From a virus (lineage: Duplodnaviria; Caudoviricetes), in the IMG/VR virus record IMGVR_UViG_3300029305_005484: a DNA stretch of 64,000 nt; one strand, 5' to 3'. How positions within the stretch are numbered: the stretch's first letter is position 1; each line of letters starts with the position of its first letter. Positions 50,577 through 61,736 of the stretch are shown piece after piece. The notes beneath the pieces are model-generated. The model had not been told where the DNA came from. It saw only the letters and a list, made by a program, of their open reading frames with translations, and ran no database searches. A program made the translations under genes and the position numbers.

Positions 50577-51293
50577 TTAACCTTTTAAATATTTGTATGC
50601 TTCGTCAGGACCAACTACGCCTAAAATATTTCCAATCATGTCATACGCCACATATGAATTTTCGATATAATATGGATTTCTTTTTTCTGGAGGTAAATAA
50701 TCCATAACGCCTTCTCGAACATTTTCAAACATGATTGATTCATACGGATGGTAATATCTAAAAGTACCATCAGGTTTAGGTTTTCTCGCAACTATCCCGA
50801 CATTGTAAAATCCTTCCCATATTTTATTATGCCATATAGGATTTTTTAATGCTTTATCTGTTACATAACCATATTCTTTTAACACATTTAATGCGTTATA
50901 ATGTTTTTGACTAATCTCCATTGAATAATGAAGATTCCAATGGTCTATGTAAATAACACCAGCCAATTCAACATATATATCTCTCCAGTTAGAATCTCTT
51001 AGGAGACTAACTTGATATATATTGTAATCTTTTTTCTGGAATGCATCATAAAATGGTTTATCCATTAATTTAATAGCTAATTCTCCGACATTAAATGCAC
51101 TTGGATAATCATAAACCACTCTTATTTCATCATTTTTATTACCCATATACATATAGAATCCTGAAACATATGATTGATCGACTCTAAATGGATAATTGTA
51201 TTTTCTAGCAATCGATAACCATTCACTTAATGGCATCGATTTATATGCTATTTCATATAAGAAGTTTGAAATATTACTGTACATTACACACAC
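50577..51293 (-). CDS. Hypothetical protein
   Basis: 238-aa ORF. Confidence 0.75.
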   Translation of the reverse strand: MCVMYSNISNFLYEIAYKSMPLSEWLSIARKYNYPFRVDQSYVSGFYMYMGNKNDEIRVVYDYPSAFNVGELAIKLMDKPFYDAFQKKDYNIYQVSLLRDSNWRDIYVELAGVIYIDHWNLHYSMEISQKHYNALNVLKEYGYVTDKALKNPIWHNKIWEGFYNVGIVARKPKPDGTFRYYHPYESIMFENVREGVMDYLPPEKRNPYYIENSYVAYDMIGNILGVVGPDEAYKYLKG

Positions 51294-51299
51294 TTCCTA

Positions 51300-52463
51300 T
51301 CATGATATTTTTTCTGGGTTTCTCTTATAAATTACAGGTGTAATAGAACATCCGTTACCATTAATAACTTCTGTATCATTACTTCTTTTAAATGAAATAC
51401 GAGATAATGTAAATTCATCTGGTAATGTATGAGATTTATTTATATCGCATTCATTATATTTTTTTATAACATGTATTCGTCTTGTATGATTGATAAGTTC
51501 TTTATCATTCATAAAACTAGAACTTATAGCCCAGATATTATGCTCATCATATTTACCATCTTTAATAATGAGTGTATATGCTAATGCTAATGCATCAATA
51601 GTATCTTTAACCTGAAATCTATTTATATCATTTATATTTTCTTGAGGGTCATAATCTGGAGCAACCACAATAATAGATTGATTGATATTCCTATATTCAA
51701 TATATTTATACGTTATAGGATCAACGATTAATACAGTACCTAAACATTTACTATCAAAGAATTTCTTATTAATGTAAAATCGTGATGAACAAATATGTTC
51801 ATTAGATATAAAATGTCTAGTTACTTGATCATATAGTAGTATTAAATCAACATCAATCAATGGATAAAATGCTTTATCATCTACTAAAATTTCTTTTATT
51901 GCAGGTCTTAATATATCTATACGTTTAGGTATAGTATAAAACGTAGTTATTCCTTCATAAATGAAAATATTTGCAAGTAAATATAAAAGTAATATAATAG
52001 TAGAGATATTATCATCAGCAGCAAATAATTCTAACATGACTGTACTAAGAGTTATTATAGTATAACTGATAACACTATGTTTATTTTTTTGATATAGAAT
52101 TGATGATGCTACACGCCACATTTCTGCAAGTGAAATATCTTTACTATTCGAATCGGTTCTATGATTTACACAATGTTTTTTAGCAGATTCCATTCTTAGC
52201 AAACTATCAAACTCAGCAACTAACCATGTAATTGATGTTAATGGTAAATATAAATCAAATATATGTATAGTCTCTCTAAGTTCAACAGGTATAAAGAAAT
52301 GAGCAAATAAAATATAGATTATCGATAATAATCCTGATATAAAAATCATTCTTTTTCTTTTATTTTTCCATTTCATATTACCATTATAGTATAAACTATC
52401 AAGAATTGCTTCACCATAGTTGTTATTATAATAGATATCAGTATAGTTTAAGTATAGTTTCAT
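51300..52463 (-). CDS. Hypothetical multi-TM membrane protein
   Basis: About four hydrophobic segments in the N-terminal half. Confidence 0.7.
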   Translation of the reverse strand: MKLYLNYTDIYYNNNYGEAILDSLYYNGNMKWKNKRKRMIFISGLLSIIYILFAHFFIPVELRETIHIFDLYLPLTSITWLVAEFDSLLRMESAKKHCVNHRTDSNSKDISLAEMWRVASSILYQKNKHSVISYTIITLSTVMLELFAADDNISTIILLLYLLANIFIYEGITTFYTIPKRIDILRPAIKEILVDDKAFYPLIDVDLILLYDQVTRHFISNEHICSSRFYINKKFFDSKCLGTVLIVDPITYKYIEYRNINQSIIVVAPDYDPQENINDINRFQVKDTIDALALAYTLIIKDGKYDEHNIWAISSSFMNDKELINHTRRIHVIKKYNECDINKSHTLPDEFTLSRISFKRSNDTEVINGNGCSITPVIYKRNPEKIS

Positions 52464-52493
52464 AATAACATACCACCTTTCTATAGTTTACTT

Positions 52494-52910
52494 TTATGTT
52501 CTTTTAGCCTTCCTATCTACGTTTAACTCCATTTTTGAAGGCACATAGAAAAGTTCTATAGTTGTAGTTTCCGAAACGAATACTCTCTCTTCTTTTTCGA
52601 TAACCTTGGTTTCTACATAATAAATTCCACAGTTATCTCTTTCTGCTAAGAGTCTTTTATACTCTCTTTTATAATTGATTTCAGAAAAGCATTCACAAAT
52701 ATCTTTAAAGTATGATGTAGAAGGTATCATATTAACAGCAAATATTTTCTTTTTATCAAAAGTTTTTGTACCTCTATTAAATATTAAATTAACAGAGCAT
52801 TTCTCTTTTCTATCATTTGCTACAACTAATAGATACCCTTTCTTTTCAAGTATATTTTCTTTCTTTTTAAATATTGGAAATTTATCTTGTAAGTAAGATG
52901 TAAATTTCAT
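52494..52910 (-). CDS. Hypothetical protein
   Basis: 138 aa, AAAGGGG RBS. Confidence 0.7.
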   Translation of the reverse strand: MKFTSYLQDKFPIFKKKENILEKKGYLLVVANDRKEKCSVNLIFNRGTKTFDKKKIFAVNMIPSTSYFKDICECFSEINYKREYKRLLAERDNCGIYYVETKVIEKEERVFVSETTTIELFYVPSKMELNVDRKAKRT

Positions 52911-52978
52911 GTTTTAAATCCCCTTTCTTTTAATACCTCATGAAACACATTGTTACTGCATTTCATGAGGAATAATAG

Positions 52979-54661
52979 TTAAATAGTTCTTAAGAAAAAT
53001 CCAAGTTCGTCTGTAATTGAATTCTTTTCTACGTTAATTTCGGTTCCATAAATATCTGGATTTTCATAACAGCAATATGTAAATACAGTATTATTAATAG
53101 TGGATAAAATACTCATAATTGAGTCTTTATCAATCTCTTCCAAATATTTATACTTATTATGAAGTAAGTCATCGATAATGTAACTTTCTTCACAATCTTC
53201 TTTGAACTTCGCATTTCTGATTAAACGCGTATTAATTTTCTCTTTAATGTTTCCAGTTAAAATATACGGAAGTGCAACTCTATCAGTAAACACATTCGTA
53301 TTGTCAAAACCAGATTCACGTAAAATTCTTTTCTTAAGAATTAATGCAAGTCTAATAAAGTTGTCTCTAGAAATACCTAATGTATTTCTAAATGAACCTA
53401 AATTTCCTGCAAATAAAGATGTTATTAACATTTGATGAAGTGGTTGAATATTAAAGTGTTTCTTATAATAATCAAGTTCATCATCTGTAATTTCAAATCC
53501 ATATTCATTAATTAGTCTTTCAACTTCATCTGTTACAGATTCTTTTGCGATAATAATACTTCCCTCATCAAGTTTTTCAAGTTGCATTTCCATTTTATCA
53601 ACACCTGATAAACCGTCTGCATTTCTTGCATATGTGAGTTCTGTGAACCCTTTACTATGTTGCTCTTTAATGAAATACATGAGTTGATATTTTATTATTG
53701 TCTTGATAAACCCAGTGATATTCTCTTTGTATTTCTTTGCATTTTCATCCCAGTTCTCATTAAACTTGAATTTTACTAAATTTTCACTAATTAGTACAAC
53801 TCTAGTGAAACGATGAATTACTGAAAATTCATCAATACCAAGAATCTCTCTTTGAGCATACATCTTATCATTATTACTTTTATTCTCCATTACCTTCGCT
53901 TTTACATAGACAAACAACTTGTTATACATATTGCATGTATCACTAAATATGTCGAATAAACCTTTAAATGCATTGAATAGATGAGGAGTTGTTTTATTTA
54001 CAATAATTTTATTTTTTGCCAAATAATGGAAAATTACTGGACTCATCATCTTAATACCAAAACTAATCTTTAACAAAGTTTTGATATGTTCATTTGTAAA
54101 CTCTAAAGATTCTAAATGTTTCTTTTCTTTTGTGATGTATTTCTTAGAGCCTTCATCAGACTCAATATCATCAAGATAATTATCATCAACTAACTGATGG
54201 ATTTTTCTGATTATTGACGGTGTAAACATAACTTCATAGATATGGTCTATGAATTGTCCTAGTTGTGCTTCACCTGTAAAATAAATTTCTCCATCTTCAT
54301 TATCGGTAACAAACTTAAGATGAAGATAAGCTGTCAATAGTTCATGTTCTTTATCATATGCATGAATAAAGAAATTAACATATCTACAGATAACTGGTAG
54401 TTGATTCGAATATGAATCTTTTCTAATCGTAAATTCATGATATCCTGCCAAACTCTTAATACCAAAAATCTTATGAAATTCAATATAACATTTTTGTGGC
54501 TCATATGTTAAATATCGCTCTTCATCAGTTTCTACCCATTCATTAATAGGCGCCTTAAGAGTGGACCTGTCAATCACTGGTTTTGAAACAACTTGTTCAC
54601 CATCTTCAGTTGTTTCTAAAACTTCGGATTCTTCCATTTCAATTTTCTTTCTTCGTCCCAT
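52979..54661 (-). CDS. Probable sigma-like promoter-specificity subunit of non-virion RNAP (AR9 gp226-like)
   Basis: 560-aa helical protein, early motif at 54698, two genes from the chaperonin as recalled for AR9 gp228/gp226; mainly a synteny inference. Confidence 0.55.
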   Translation of the reverse strand: MGRRKKIEMEESEVLETTEDGEQVVSKPVIDRSTLKAPINEWVETDEERYLTYEPQKCYIEFHKIFGIKSLAGYHEFTIRKDSYSNQLPVICRYVNFFIHAYDKEHELLTAYLHLKFVTDNEDGEIYFTGEAQLGQFIDHIYEVMFTPSIIRKIHQLVDDNYLDDIESDEGSKKYITKEKKHLESLEFTNEHIKTLLKISFGIKMMSPVIFHYLAKNKIIVNKTTPHLFNAFKGLFDIFSDTCNMYNKLFVYVKAKVMENKSNNDKMYAQREILGIDEFSVIHRFTRVVLISENLVKFKFNENWDENAKKYKENITGFIKTIIKYQLMYFIKEQHSKGFTELTYARNADGLSGVDKMEMQLEKLDEGSIIIAKESVTDEVERLINEYGFEITDDELDYYKKHFNIQPLHQMLITSLFAGNLGSFRNTLGISRDNFIRLALILKKRILRESGFDNTNVFTDRVALPYILTGNIKEKINTRLIRNAKFKEDCEESYIIDDLLHNKYKYLEEIDKDSIMSILSTINNTVFTYCCYENPDIYGTEINVEKNSITDELGFFLRTI

Positions 54662-54733
54662 TTCAAATCTCCTTTATATATTTTTACCTCCAAACAAATA
54701 ATATATTCATATGATAAAAAACCAATAAAATAT

Positions 54734-55561
54734 TTATCTTTTAGTGGTACTTCTTTTAGCTACAACCTTTTTCTTTTTAGATATTCCAGTTGTTTTTGGT
54801 TTTACTGGATTATGATAATCTGATAATGTAGAACGTGTAGGAGATTTTATATTTGTTTTTGTTGGCATTCGTTTTTGTACATCACCTATAATCCTTTTAA
54901 CACTTTTTTCTACTAATGACCTATCAACTCTTCCTTCTTCTCTCGCTTTCTTTTCAACATCATAAGATGTTGATTTCATAGAATCCTCAGTAGTTAATAC
55001 TGAATCTACTAAATCTCTGAATTGTAATTTTCTTGTGTATCTAAGAGCTGATTTAGATAGATAAGTTAATCGGTTATCATATAAAAACTTTGTAGCAAAA
55101 TATATAGATTTGTCGTACATAAGTTCCATGTTTTTGTTAGCTTGCTCTGGGAGGGTATCTGCATATTCAGGATTTAACTTCTCTTGAAGAGCATCTATCA
55201 TGTAACCATGTAATTTGTATAATGCTGCATATTTATACACAAAACTAGGGCTATTTGAAAAGAATTGAATTACATAAAAATCTAATGTGTGTTCTTTAAC
55301 CATAGTATCAGTTTTTGGCATGAATTGTATTACAACATCATATGTTTTTCCTGGTTGTGATTCAGATGGAACTTTAACGTGAATATAATAAGATTCATCC
55401 AAAATGGAATATCCTACTACTTTAATAAGAGATTTAAACTTTTCATATTTTGGATTAAGTTTTTCTCCTACATCAGTAATAGATACTCCAAATGGATGAA
55501 CTAAAAAATCACTTAAAGTTTGATATACTGGATCTCCAACATGTAATAGGTTCTTATCCAT
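54734..55561 (-). CDS. Hypothetical protein
   Basis: 275 aa, YDVVIQF...FFSNSPSFVYKYA; basic tail. Confidence 0.75.
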   Translation of the reverse strand: MDKNLLHVGDPVYQTLSDFLVHPFGVSITDVGEKLNPKYEKFKSLIKVVGYSILDESYYIHVKVPSESQPGKTYDVVIQFMPKTDTMVKEHTLDFYVIQFFSNSPSFVYKYAALYKLHGYMIDALQEKLNPEYADTLPEQANKNMELMYDKSIYFATKFLYDNRLTYLSKSALRYTRKLQFRDLVDSVLTTEDSMKSTSYDVEKKAREEGRVDRSLVEKSVKRIIGDVQKRMPTKTNIKSPTRSTLSDYHNPVKPKTTGISKKKKVVAKRSTTKR

Positions 55562-55585
55562 TTCTCAAACCTCACTTTATTTCAA

Positions 55586-57691
55586 TTAATAATTTCCTCT
55601 TGTAATCACTAATTGATTTCCTGTTGTTAATAAACTTACTAAGTCTGATGATGCAATTAAGATTTCTCTATCTGTAGCAGCACTATTAATTACTCTTCTA
55701 TTGAAAGCGATTGTAGGTACTGTACTTTCACTCATATCCAAATCAAGAGTTGTACCTGAATACAACTCAATCTCATTGATAAGTGTGAATAAATCAGTTT
55801 CTGGATTATCACGATATGTGACTTTCAGATAACTCATGAAATCATTAATATATGAAATGTCTTCTTGGAAAATTACTCGAACTCCAATGTTTTCGGAAAT
55901 ACATCCAAGAATATCACCCATTACATCTTCACTAGAAGTGTATAAATTTTCTTTAGCAATGATATTTGACAAGTCGATTTTCTTATTACTAAATCCGTTT
56001 TCAAGAACACAAAATCTCACATGTCTAAATGCTTTAAACATAACTTCCAGTAAGAATTTATCTGCATCTGATCTTTCAGGACAATCTATCTCATCCCTAA
56101 TAGCGTTTAATAAAGTGGTATGTCCACCATTGATAACACCATTTCTGTATGCAGACAAAGCTGCTTTTACAGCATCATCCATAGCATCAACTAAGAATTG
56201 CTGTTTGAAATCTGTTGATGCACCAACTTCGATTTGTCCCATTTTAAGTTTCAAACTTAGATATCTCTTTTGAGCATCATCTACTTCAAAGTTAAATGTA
56301 CCAAGTTTGCTGTACTTTTCGATAACAGCATCAAGTTCAACTTTAGCATCGTTTACATATTTCTCATACAATGATTCATCATAATCAAAATCTCTAAAGA
56401 TAGATTCTTTATCATAATGAAGCATAACTTCACCGGTATATCCGATTCTGAATGAGAATTCTTCATCAAGAGGAACAACTCCAATTTCACCAGCATCTGC
56501 ATTTTTTAATACATATGGAACTTGTGCATGGGAGTTAGAATTTTTAGCCATAATCATATTACCTTCAATTTTTCGGTTATCAAGATTGATATACTGAAGA
56601 AGGTTTGATACATCTGATTTAGTATCAACAAGGTCTTTCGTTCTCTTAATGATTTCATATTCAATAGACTGAGTTATAAGTTGTGTATTACAAAGCATTG
56701 CCAAGTCACTAACACGTTTCTTATCTGAATTACGAGAATTTCTATATCCCATAATTACAAGATTGATATCTTTTGTCTGTCTATATTCAGAATTTAAATC
56801 ATTAAGAATGTCACCTTGAAGTGTTACCTCATCATAATTAGGTGCAATACAAATAAGTTTTCTTCCTCTCATCTTGCATAAAACTGAAAGAGGTGCCAAA
56901 ATATATTTGTATGAATTAAGGCTAACTTTATGATCAAATATAACAACATCACATTTTTGTGCATGTAATGATTGGTTGTCATTATTTACATAGATTCTGT
57001 CCATAAGTTTTGCATGGAACATGAATCCGTCAACAACTCTTCCTTTTGTCACACCATCTGCAGCTTTAACTACACTAATTGCTGGATATCCAATTTGTCT
57101 GTATAAATCAACAATTATGTCTGTAAGTTCTTTATCTGCATTTGATGATACATATACTACTTGTCTTATATATTCACACATTTCTTCAAGAGGTAAACTC
57201 TTAATATCTGTGGCATATAAACTAAGACGTTTATTAACATCTTCAACAAGTTCTTTTGTTCGATTAAGAACGTTTCTAGGTAAGAAAAATAACTTATTAA
57301 TCTTATCTGAATTTTTCTTAAATTCTTGATACATTGCATTTGCAGAAACTACAGCACTAGTAGTTCCATCACCTACTGCAAAATTAAGTCTTCCACAGAT
57401 ATCTGCAATCATTCCGGAAATGACTTGGTCAACGTATCCATATTGTGAATTGTAACGAATATTTTTCATGATAGTAAAACCATCTTTCGTTACATGGTAA
57501 CCAGGTGGTTGTGAAATAATAGCATGTGCACCAACTGGTCCTAAAGATTTTTGTAATGTACTAGCTATCTGGTCAAACACAGATGAAATTCTAGAATCCA
57601 TTACATCCTTTGATATGACATTAATCTCTGGGTCAAATGCTACAATAGACTGAGCAAATGTCATATCTTTTTTCTTTTTACCTTTTGACAT
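55586..57691 (-). CDS. groEL: Phage GroEL-like chaperonin
   Basis: SLGPVG, VTKDGFTI, VGDGTTS, DAMDDAVKA, GVINGG. Confidence 0.92.
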   Translation of the reverse strand: MSKGKKKKDMTFAQSIVAFDPEINVISKDVMDSRISSVFDQIASTLQKSLGPVGAHAIISQPPGYHVTKDGFTIMKNIRYNSQYGYVDQVISGMIADICGRLNFAVGDGTTSAVVSANAMYQEFKKNSDKINKLFFLPRNVLNRTKELVEDVNKRLSLYATDIKSLPLEEMCEYIRQVVYVSSNADKELTDIIVDLYRQIGYPAISVVKAADGVTKGRVVDGFMFHAKLMDRIYVNNDNQSLHAQKCDVVIFDHKVSLNSYKYILAPLSVLCKMRGRKLICIAPNYDEVTLQGDILNDLNSEYRQTKDINLVIMGYRNSRNSDKKRVSDLAMLCNTQLITQSIEYEIIKRTKDLVDTKSDVSNLLQYINLDNRKIEGNMIMAKNSNSHAQVPYVLKNADAGEIGVVPLDEEFSFRIGYTGEVMLHYDKESIFRDFDYDESLYEKYVNDAKVELDAVIEKYSKLGTFNFEVDDAQKRYLSLKLKMGQIEVGASTDFKQQFLVDAMDDAVKAALSAYRNGVINGGHTTLLNAIRDEIDCPERSDADKFLLEVMFKAFRHVRFCVLENGFSNKKIDLSNIIAKENLYTSSEDVMGDILGCISENIGVRVIFQEDISYINDFMSYLKVTYRDNPETDLFTLINEIELYSGTTLDLDMSESTVPTIAFNRRVINSAATDREILIASSDLVSLLTTGNQLVITRGNY

Positions 57692-57749
57692 ATTCTGTTC
57701 TCCTTATATCAAATTTTTATTTAAAGTGGTGTTTTTAAAGATATTAGAA

Positions 57750-58469
57750 TCAAGCGATTCTAAATGTTGCCCACTTAAATGTATGCTTAGTTGATAAATA
57801 TTTCATATCTATCAAAAAAGTATCTTTTTTATCATCAGTGAAATTATATCTATAATTCACTGGTAATAATACTGATGAAAAATCCAGTTTTCCTAATTCT
57901 TCTAATATTAGTACATTCATCACGTCTGAAAAGAAATAAGTTGTATCAGAAGGAATTGTTTTTAAAACATCTCTGATATCACCTGTTACTAATTTTACAG
58001 AATTTCCAAATTTTTTCTCAATATCATTTTTAACAAATTCATTTTCTTCAGGATAATAAATTACTACTTCTTTTACTAATGACATAGCAAGTAGATTATT
58101 TATAATAGGAACTACTAATGTATCAACATCTGAATTGAAAAATATTTCTTCAGAATTTACTAAGTTATTGAGTAAATTATCTAAAGTTTCAATTTCAATA
58201 GTTTCTTTATCCTTTAATAAATCAACCAATGGATTCCTATATTTTCTTTCTAAATAAAAATCAAAAAGTGATTGTGGTGATAAATATTTTATAACGTCAG
58301 TATTAAATAAATCATACACACTTTCATTATTTCTAAAAAAAGAAAGAAATGTAAACCATTGTAATTGAATAGTATCTGTATATTCAACAAATACACATGT
58401 TGAATTTTGAAATAATCTGCTAGATGATCTAAATCTGACATTATTATCAAATTTCATAGGTTCTTTCAT
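57750..58469 (-). CDS. Hypothetical protein
   Basis: 239 aa, GAGGTG RBS. Confidence 0.75.
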   Translation of the reverse strand: MKEPMKFDNNVRFRSSSRLFQNSTCVFVEYTDTIQLQWFTFLSFFRNNESVYDLFNTDVIKYLSPQSLFDFYLERKYRNPLVDLLKDKETIEIETLDNLLNNLVNSEEIFFNSDVDTLVVPIINNLLAMSLVKEVVIYYPEENEFVKNDIEKKFGNSVKLVTGDIRDVLKTIPSDTTYFFSDVMNVLILEELGKLDFSSVLLPVNYRYNFTDDKKDTFLIDMKYLSTKHTFKWATFRIA

Positions 58470-58486
58470 TTAATTCACCTCAAAAA

Positions 58487-58527
58487 TAAAAGATGGGAAT
58501 AAGATTTAAATCTTATTCCCATTCATT
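58487..58527 (-). terminator. Intrinsic terminator
   Basis: ATGGGAATAAGATT / AATCTTATTCCCAT. Confidence 0.8.
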
Positions 58528-59352
58528 TTATGAAAATGGTAGTTCGTCATTTTGTCCTGGAGCTGGGAAATCAAAGAATCCACCTGTTGCTCCACTACCA
58601 CTACTGTAAGAATTTTGTGGTGCAGCGAAATTCATTCCTTGTGTTTGACCACCATATTGGTTGCCATTTGAGTTACTTTGGTATGAGTTTCCACTGTTAT
58701 TCTGAAATGATTTTCCTCTTTCAGAATGGAATTTTCTTACATGTTCTGAGTAAGGTAATAATAATTGATTGCTTGTAAGCATATTCAGGAATGAATTGAA
58801 GTCTGCATTCGCATGAATAGTTTTGTTAGATAATCCTGTATTAGGATTATAATCCAACATTACTACACGTTTATCAAACTTATGTTTGAATGTGCTTGCT
58901 GGAGAAGCAATATTATTACTATCTACCATACCATAATAAACGAAATAAAGATCTGGTGTTTCTCCACCATCTGATGCTGGTGTCATTTCGAAACCTACAA
59001 CATTTCGTTTAGGTTCACGACCTGTTTCGACTGTAACACTCAAAAGTTCTGGACAAGGTTCTCCATTAAGAACTACTCTGTCATAAACTGGTTTGATCAC
59101 TGTTCTGAATTGTTCTACTAAAGCTTCACAAGCTTCGATTGTTAATGCTGTTTTTCCTTGACGATTTTGGTCATATTGCATTACTCCATTTCCGTCCACT
59201 CCAATTGCTGGACTAATTGTAATGCTGTAACTTTGGTTCCATAATGATAGTGCCATAGATGAAACATCTGAATTGAATGTTTTAAATCTAGTATTTACAC
59301 TAACACCATTGTTTTGTTGTGTGTTCATTCTATTTGAGTTATTTCCCCACAT
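58528..59352 (-). CDS. Putative single-stranded DNA-binding protein
   Basis: Beta-rich core, N/Q/G/S-rich linker, acidic tail NDELPFS; early motif at 59392. Confidence 0.55.
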   Translation of the reverse strand: MWGNNSNRMNTQQNNGVSVNTRFKTFNSDVSSMALSLWNQSYSITISPAIGVDGNGVMQYDQNRQGKTALTIEACEALVEQFRTVIKPVYDRVVLNGEPCPELLSVTVETGREPKRNVVGFEMTPASDGGETPDLYFVYYGMVDSNNIASPASTFKHKFDKRVVMLDYNPNTGLSNKTIHANADFNSFLNMLTSNQLLLPYSEHVRKFHSERGKSFQNNSGNSYQSNSNGNQYGGQTQGMNFAAPQNSYSSGSGATGGFFDFPAPGQNDELPFS

Positions 59353-59412
59353 ATGGTTTTACCAATCCTTTCTAAGTATATATTCATATTTATAATATAT
59401 CAAATAAATTAA

Positions 59413-60168
59413 TTATTCGATAATTTCACGGGGTAACAGAGGATTTTCCTCTCGGTACTTCTTTAAAATTCGATTTCTTATTTCTCCTTCGATTTTGATT
59501 CTCATAGGAATGCGAATCATATTACAATATTTTTCGGTAAAATTACCAGTTAAAATAAAATCTTCATAATATTCTGCGACCAATGTCAATTCAGTTAACG
59601 GTTCATCGCCTTCACATAATCGTAAGAAATCATCAACATCTAACTTTACATCATGGACTATATAATTCATAATGTCTGATAAGTTAGCTAAAATAGTAGC
59701 ATCGTCTTCATCAATTTCTTTTTTAAAAGCTTGAGTTGTTATGTCTTTTCTTCGAGTTGCATTTTCGATAAAGAACTCTTTATTTTCGTTAATGTAATTA
59801 TAGAATAGATTGAAGAAGTTATTCTTCATATTAATAATAAAGAAACGATATGTGAAATGAATCAAATCTTGTTGTTCTTCTCTACTCATTTCTTTTAAAT
59901 TATTAATACCTATTCCCAATCGATTCATAAGTGTCTCTTCCATGAAATCAATAAAATTATCATGATAGGACAGTAACGTATCGTTCTCATCATCATCTTC
60001 AACTAATTCTTTAGAATAATTATATTGATTTATGAATGATGAGATGTAATCCATTCTAAAGTTATCTGGATTACCAAATTGCATTAATATGTTTTGCTCT
60101 AATAAACCCACAGGAACTTGTGATAAGAAAGTACTATCTTCATTATTAAAAACATTTGTAATACTCAA
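59413..60168 (-). CDS. Hypothetical acidic protein
   Basis: 251 aa, TTG start with GAGG RBS. Confidence 0.75.
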   Translation of the reverse strand: MSITNVFNNEDSTFLSQVPVGLLEQNILMQFGNPDNFRMDYISSFINQYNYSKELVEDDDENDTLLSYHDNFIDFMEETLMNRLGIGINNLKEMSREEQQDLIHFTYRFFIINMKNNFFNLFYNYINENKEFFIENATRRKDITTQAFKKEIDEDDATILANLSDIMNYIVHDVKLDVDDFLRLCEGDEPLTELTLVAEYYEDFILTGNFTEKYCNMIRIPMRIKIEGEIRNRILKKYREENPLLPREIIE

Positions 60169-60241
60169 AATTTTTCAACCTCTCTTTTTTATTTATTTTG
60201 GTTTTTGAAATATTTCCGAGTATTTTTGACCTTCATTCTTA

Positions 60242-60586
60242 TTAGGTATTTTTATTATCTTTCCTTAATGCATCGTTCATAGCAATTTCGTTATGAGGAT
60301 TAATTTTAGGATCGATATGATTTAATTCGTGGAAATTTTTTACAAAATTCTCTGAATCTTCAATTGTGATTAAATTCCTATTTCCAGATATTAAGTGTGT
60401 TAACACTCTTGCAGAATGCGCAAAAATTTCAACATGTCCACATTGGTTACATGCTACAACTTTAATAGCTTCTTCAAGTTTTGTATCTGTAGAACTTTTT
60501 GGAATAAATCCAGATGATATATTTTTATCTTTTGATCCACAGAATTTGCATTTCCATCTATGTAATCTTTCAGCTGATACTAACAT
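60242..60586 (-). CDS. Zn-ribbon protein
   Basis: CKFCG...CNQCGH. Confidence 0.7.
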   Translation of the reverse strand: MLVSAERLHRWKCKFCGSKDKNISSGFIPKSSTDTKLEEAIKVVACNQCGHVEIFAHSARVLTHLISGNRNLITIEDSENFVKNFHELNHIDPKINPHNEIAMNDALRKDNKNT

Positions 60587-60681
60587 ATAGTATACCTCAC
60601 TTTCTAATCATCAATTTTCCTATGATTTAATGAAGTGTAGTTTTTTAAATTATAAATAATATGAGCAGAGTAGATAAAAAT

Positions 60682-61326
60682 CTACTCTGCTAAATTTGTT
60701 CGTTTTAAAACTTCTAAACGATATTTTTGATTTACATTAGGATATTTATCTCTATCAACAAGTTCAAAAAACATTGATTGTGGTCTTGCAAATGTTTCAA
60801 ATGGATAATATAATGCTTGATATATTATAAGCATCTCTCCAGTTTCTGTGTGTTTAGCAATATCTGTAACTCTATATAGATATTTATTTTGTAAAACTTC
60901 ATCATCCTTTATCAGTTCTTGTTTAAAATGCTTTATAATATCACCAATTTGAATTCTCGGTTGATCGTATTTCATAGTATCTATATTTTTATCACTAATA
61001 ATAATACCATTTCCATTAATATTATTAAGACCATATGACATATGACCTATATTATCGTATTGATTTTTATATAGGTTAAAAAATAAATCACTATAATCCA
61101 AATCTGGAAAGTTATATTTTATTATAGATACTGATTCTTTAATAGTATCTTCATTAACATCTTTCTTTTTTGTAGTTTTTTCCAAAACCTTTTTCCAATC
61201 AATACTATTTAATATAACTTTAGGACATGCGGTATAATCACATTCTAAATCTTTTAATATACTTTCCCAATCAATTTCTTGATGTTGTGATTGTACAATT
61301 TGTTCCATAATCATTCTCCTTATCAA
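60682..61326 (-). CDS. DUF1653-domain protein
   Basis: KHFK...YRVTDIAKHTETGEMLIIYQALY...ARPQSMF...KYPNVNQKYR. Confidence 0.85.
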   Translation of the reverse strand: MIRRMIMEQIVQSQHQEIDWESILKDLECDYTACPKVILNSIDWKKVLEKTTKKKDVNEDTIKESVSIIKYNFPDLDYSDLFFNLYKNQYDNIGHMSYGLNNINGNGIIISDKNIDTMKYDQPRIQIGDIIKHFKQELIKDDEVLQNKYLYRVTDIAKHTETGEMLIIYQALYYPFETFARPQSMFFELVDRDKYPNVNQKYRLEVLKRTNLAE

Positions 61327-61361
61327 TAAATTTTATTAATAAGTTAAATTATATATAAAAA

Positions 61362-61736
61362 CTAACTATTTGAAATATATGTACAGTCATATGTAAATAA
61401 TACATACTTCTCCCCTATGTCAAGACCCAAAGATATAATATTATATGTTCTATCATAAGATACATGTGTAGGGTATACATCTCCTGTAGTTGTATCACAA
61501 ACAAGAAGTGTTCCAAATTGACTAGATAAATGAGTGTTAATTGGATGCCATGGTAATGCTAGAATAGATGTTCCTTTAGCTCTAGCTGATAACCAACCTC
61601 TAACTTTTACAGTACAAACTCTTCCATATTTATAGCAAACACTTTCCCCTATAGTACAATTCCATGCTGTACAATTTCCACTAACAACTTCTAAGTTTGG
61701 AATTTTTCCTTCTAATTCTTCTTGATTGCAGTTTTG
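61362..61736 (-). other. Start-less tail-fibre-tip cassette 4 (124 codons)
   Basis: QNCNQEELEGKIP...CYKYGRVCTVKVRG...ILALPWHP...FTYDCTYISNS*; no Met; Y-K-x-G-x-V...LP-x-x-P pattern of fibre head domains. Confidence 0.75.

Noticed and set aside
24769-61736. Diversity-generating retroelement
   Set aside because: Cassettes are unrelated rather than adenine-variant TR/VR copies; no RT in the window
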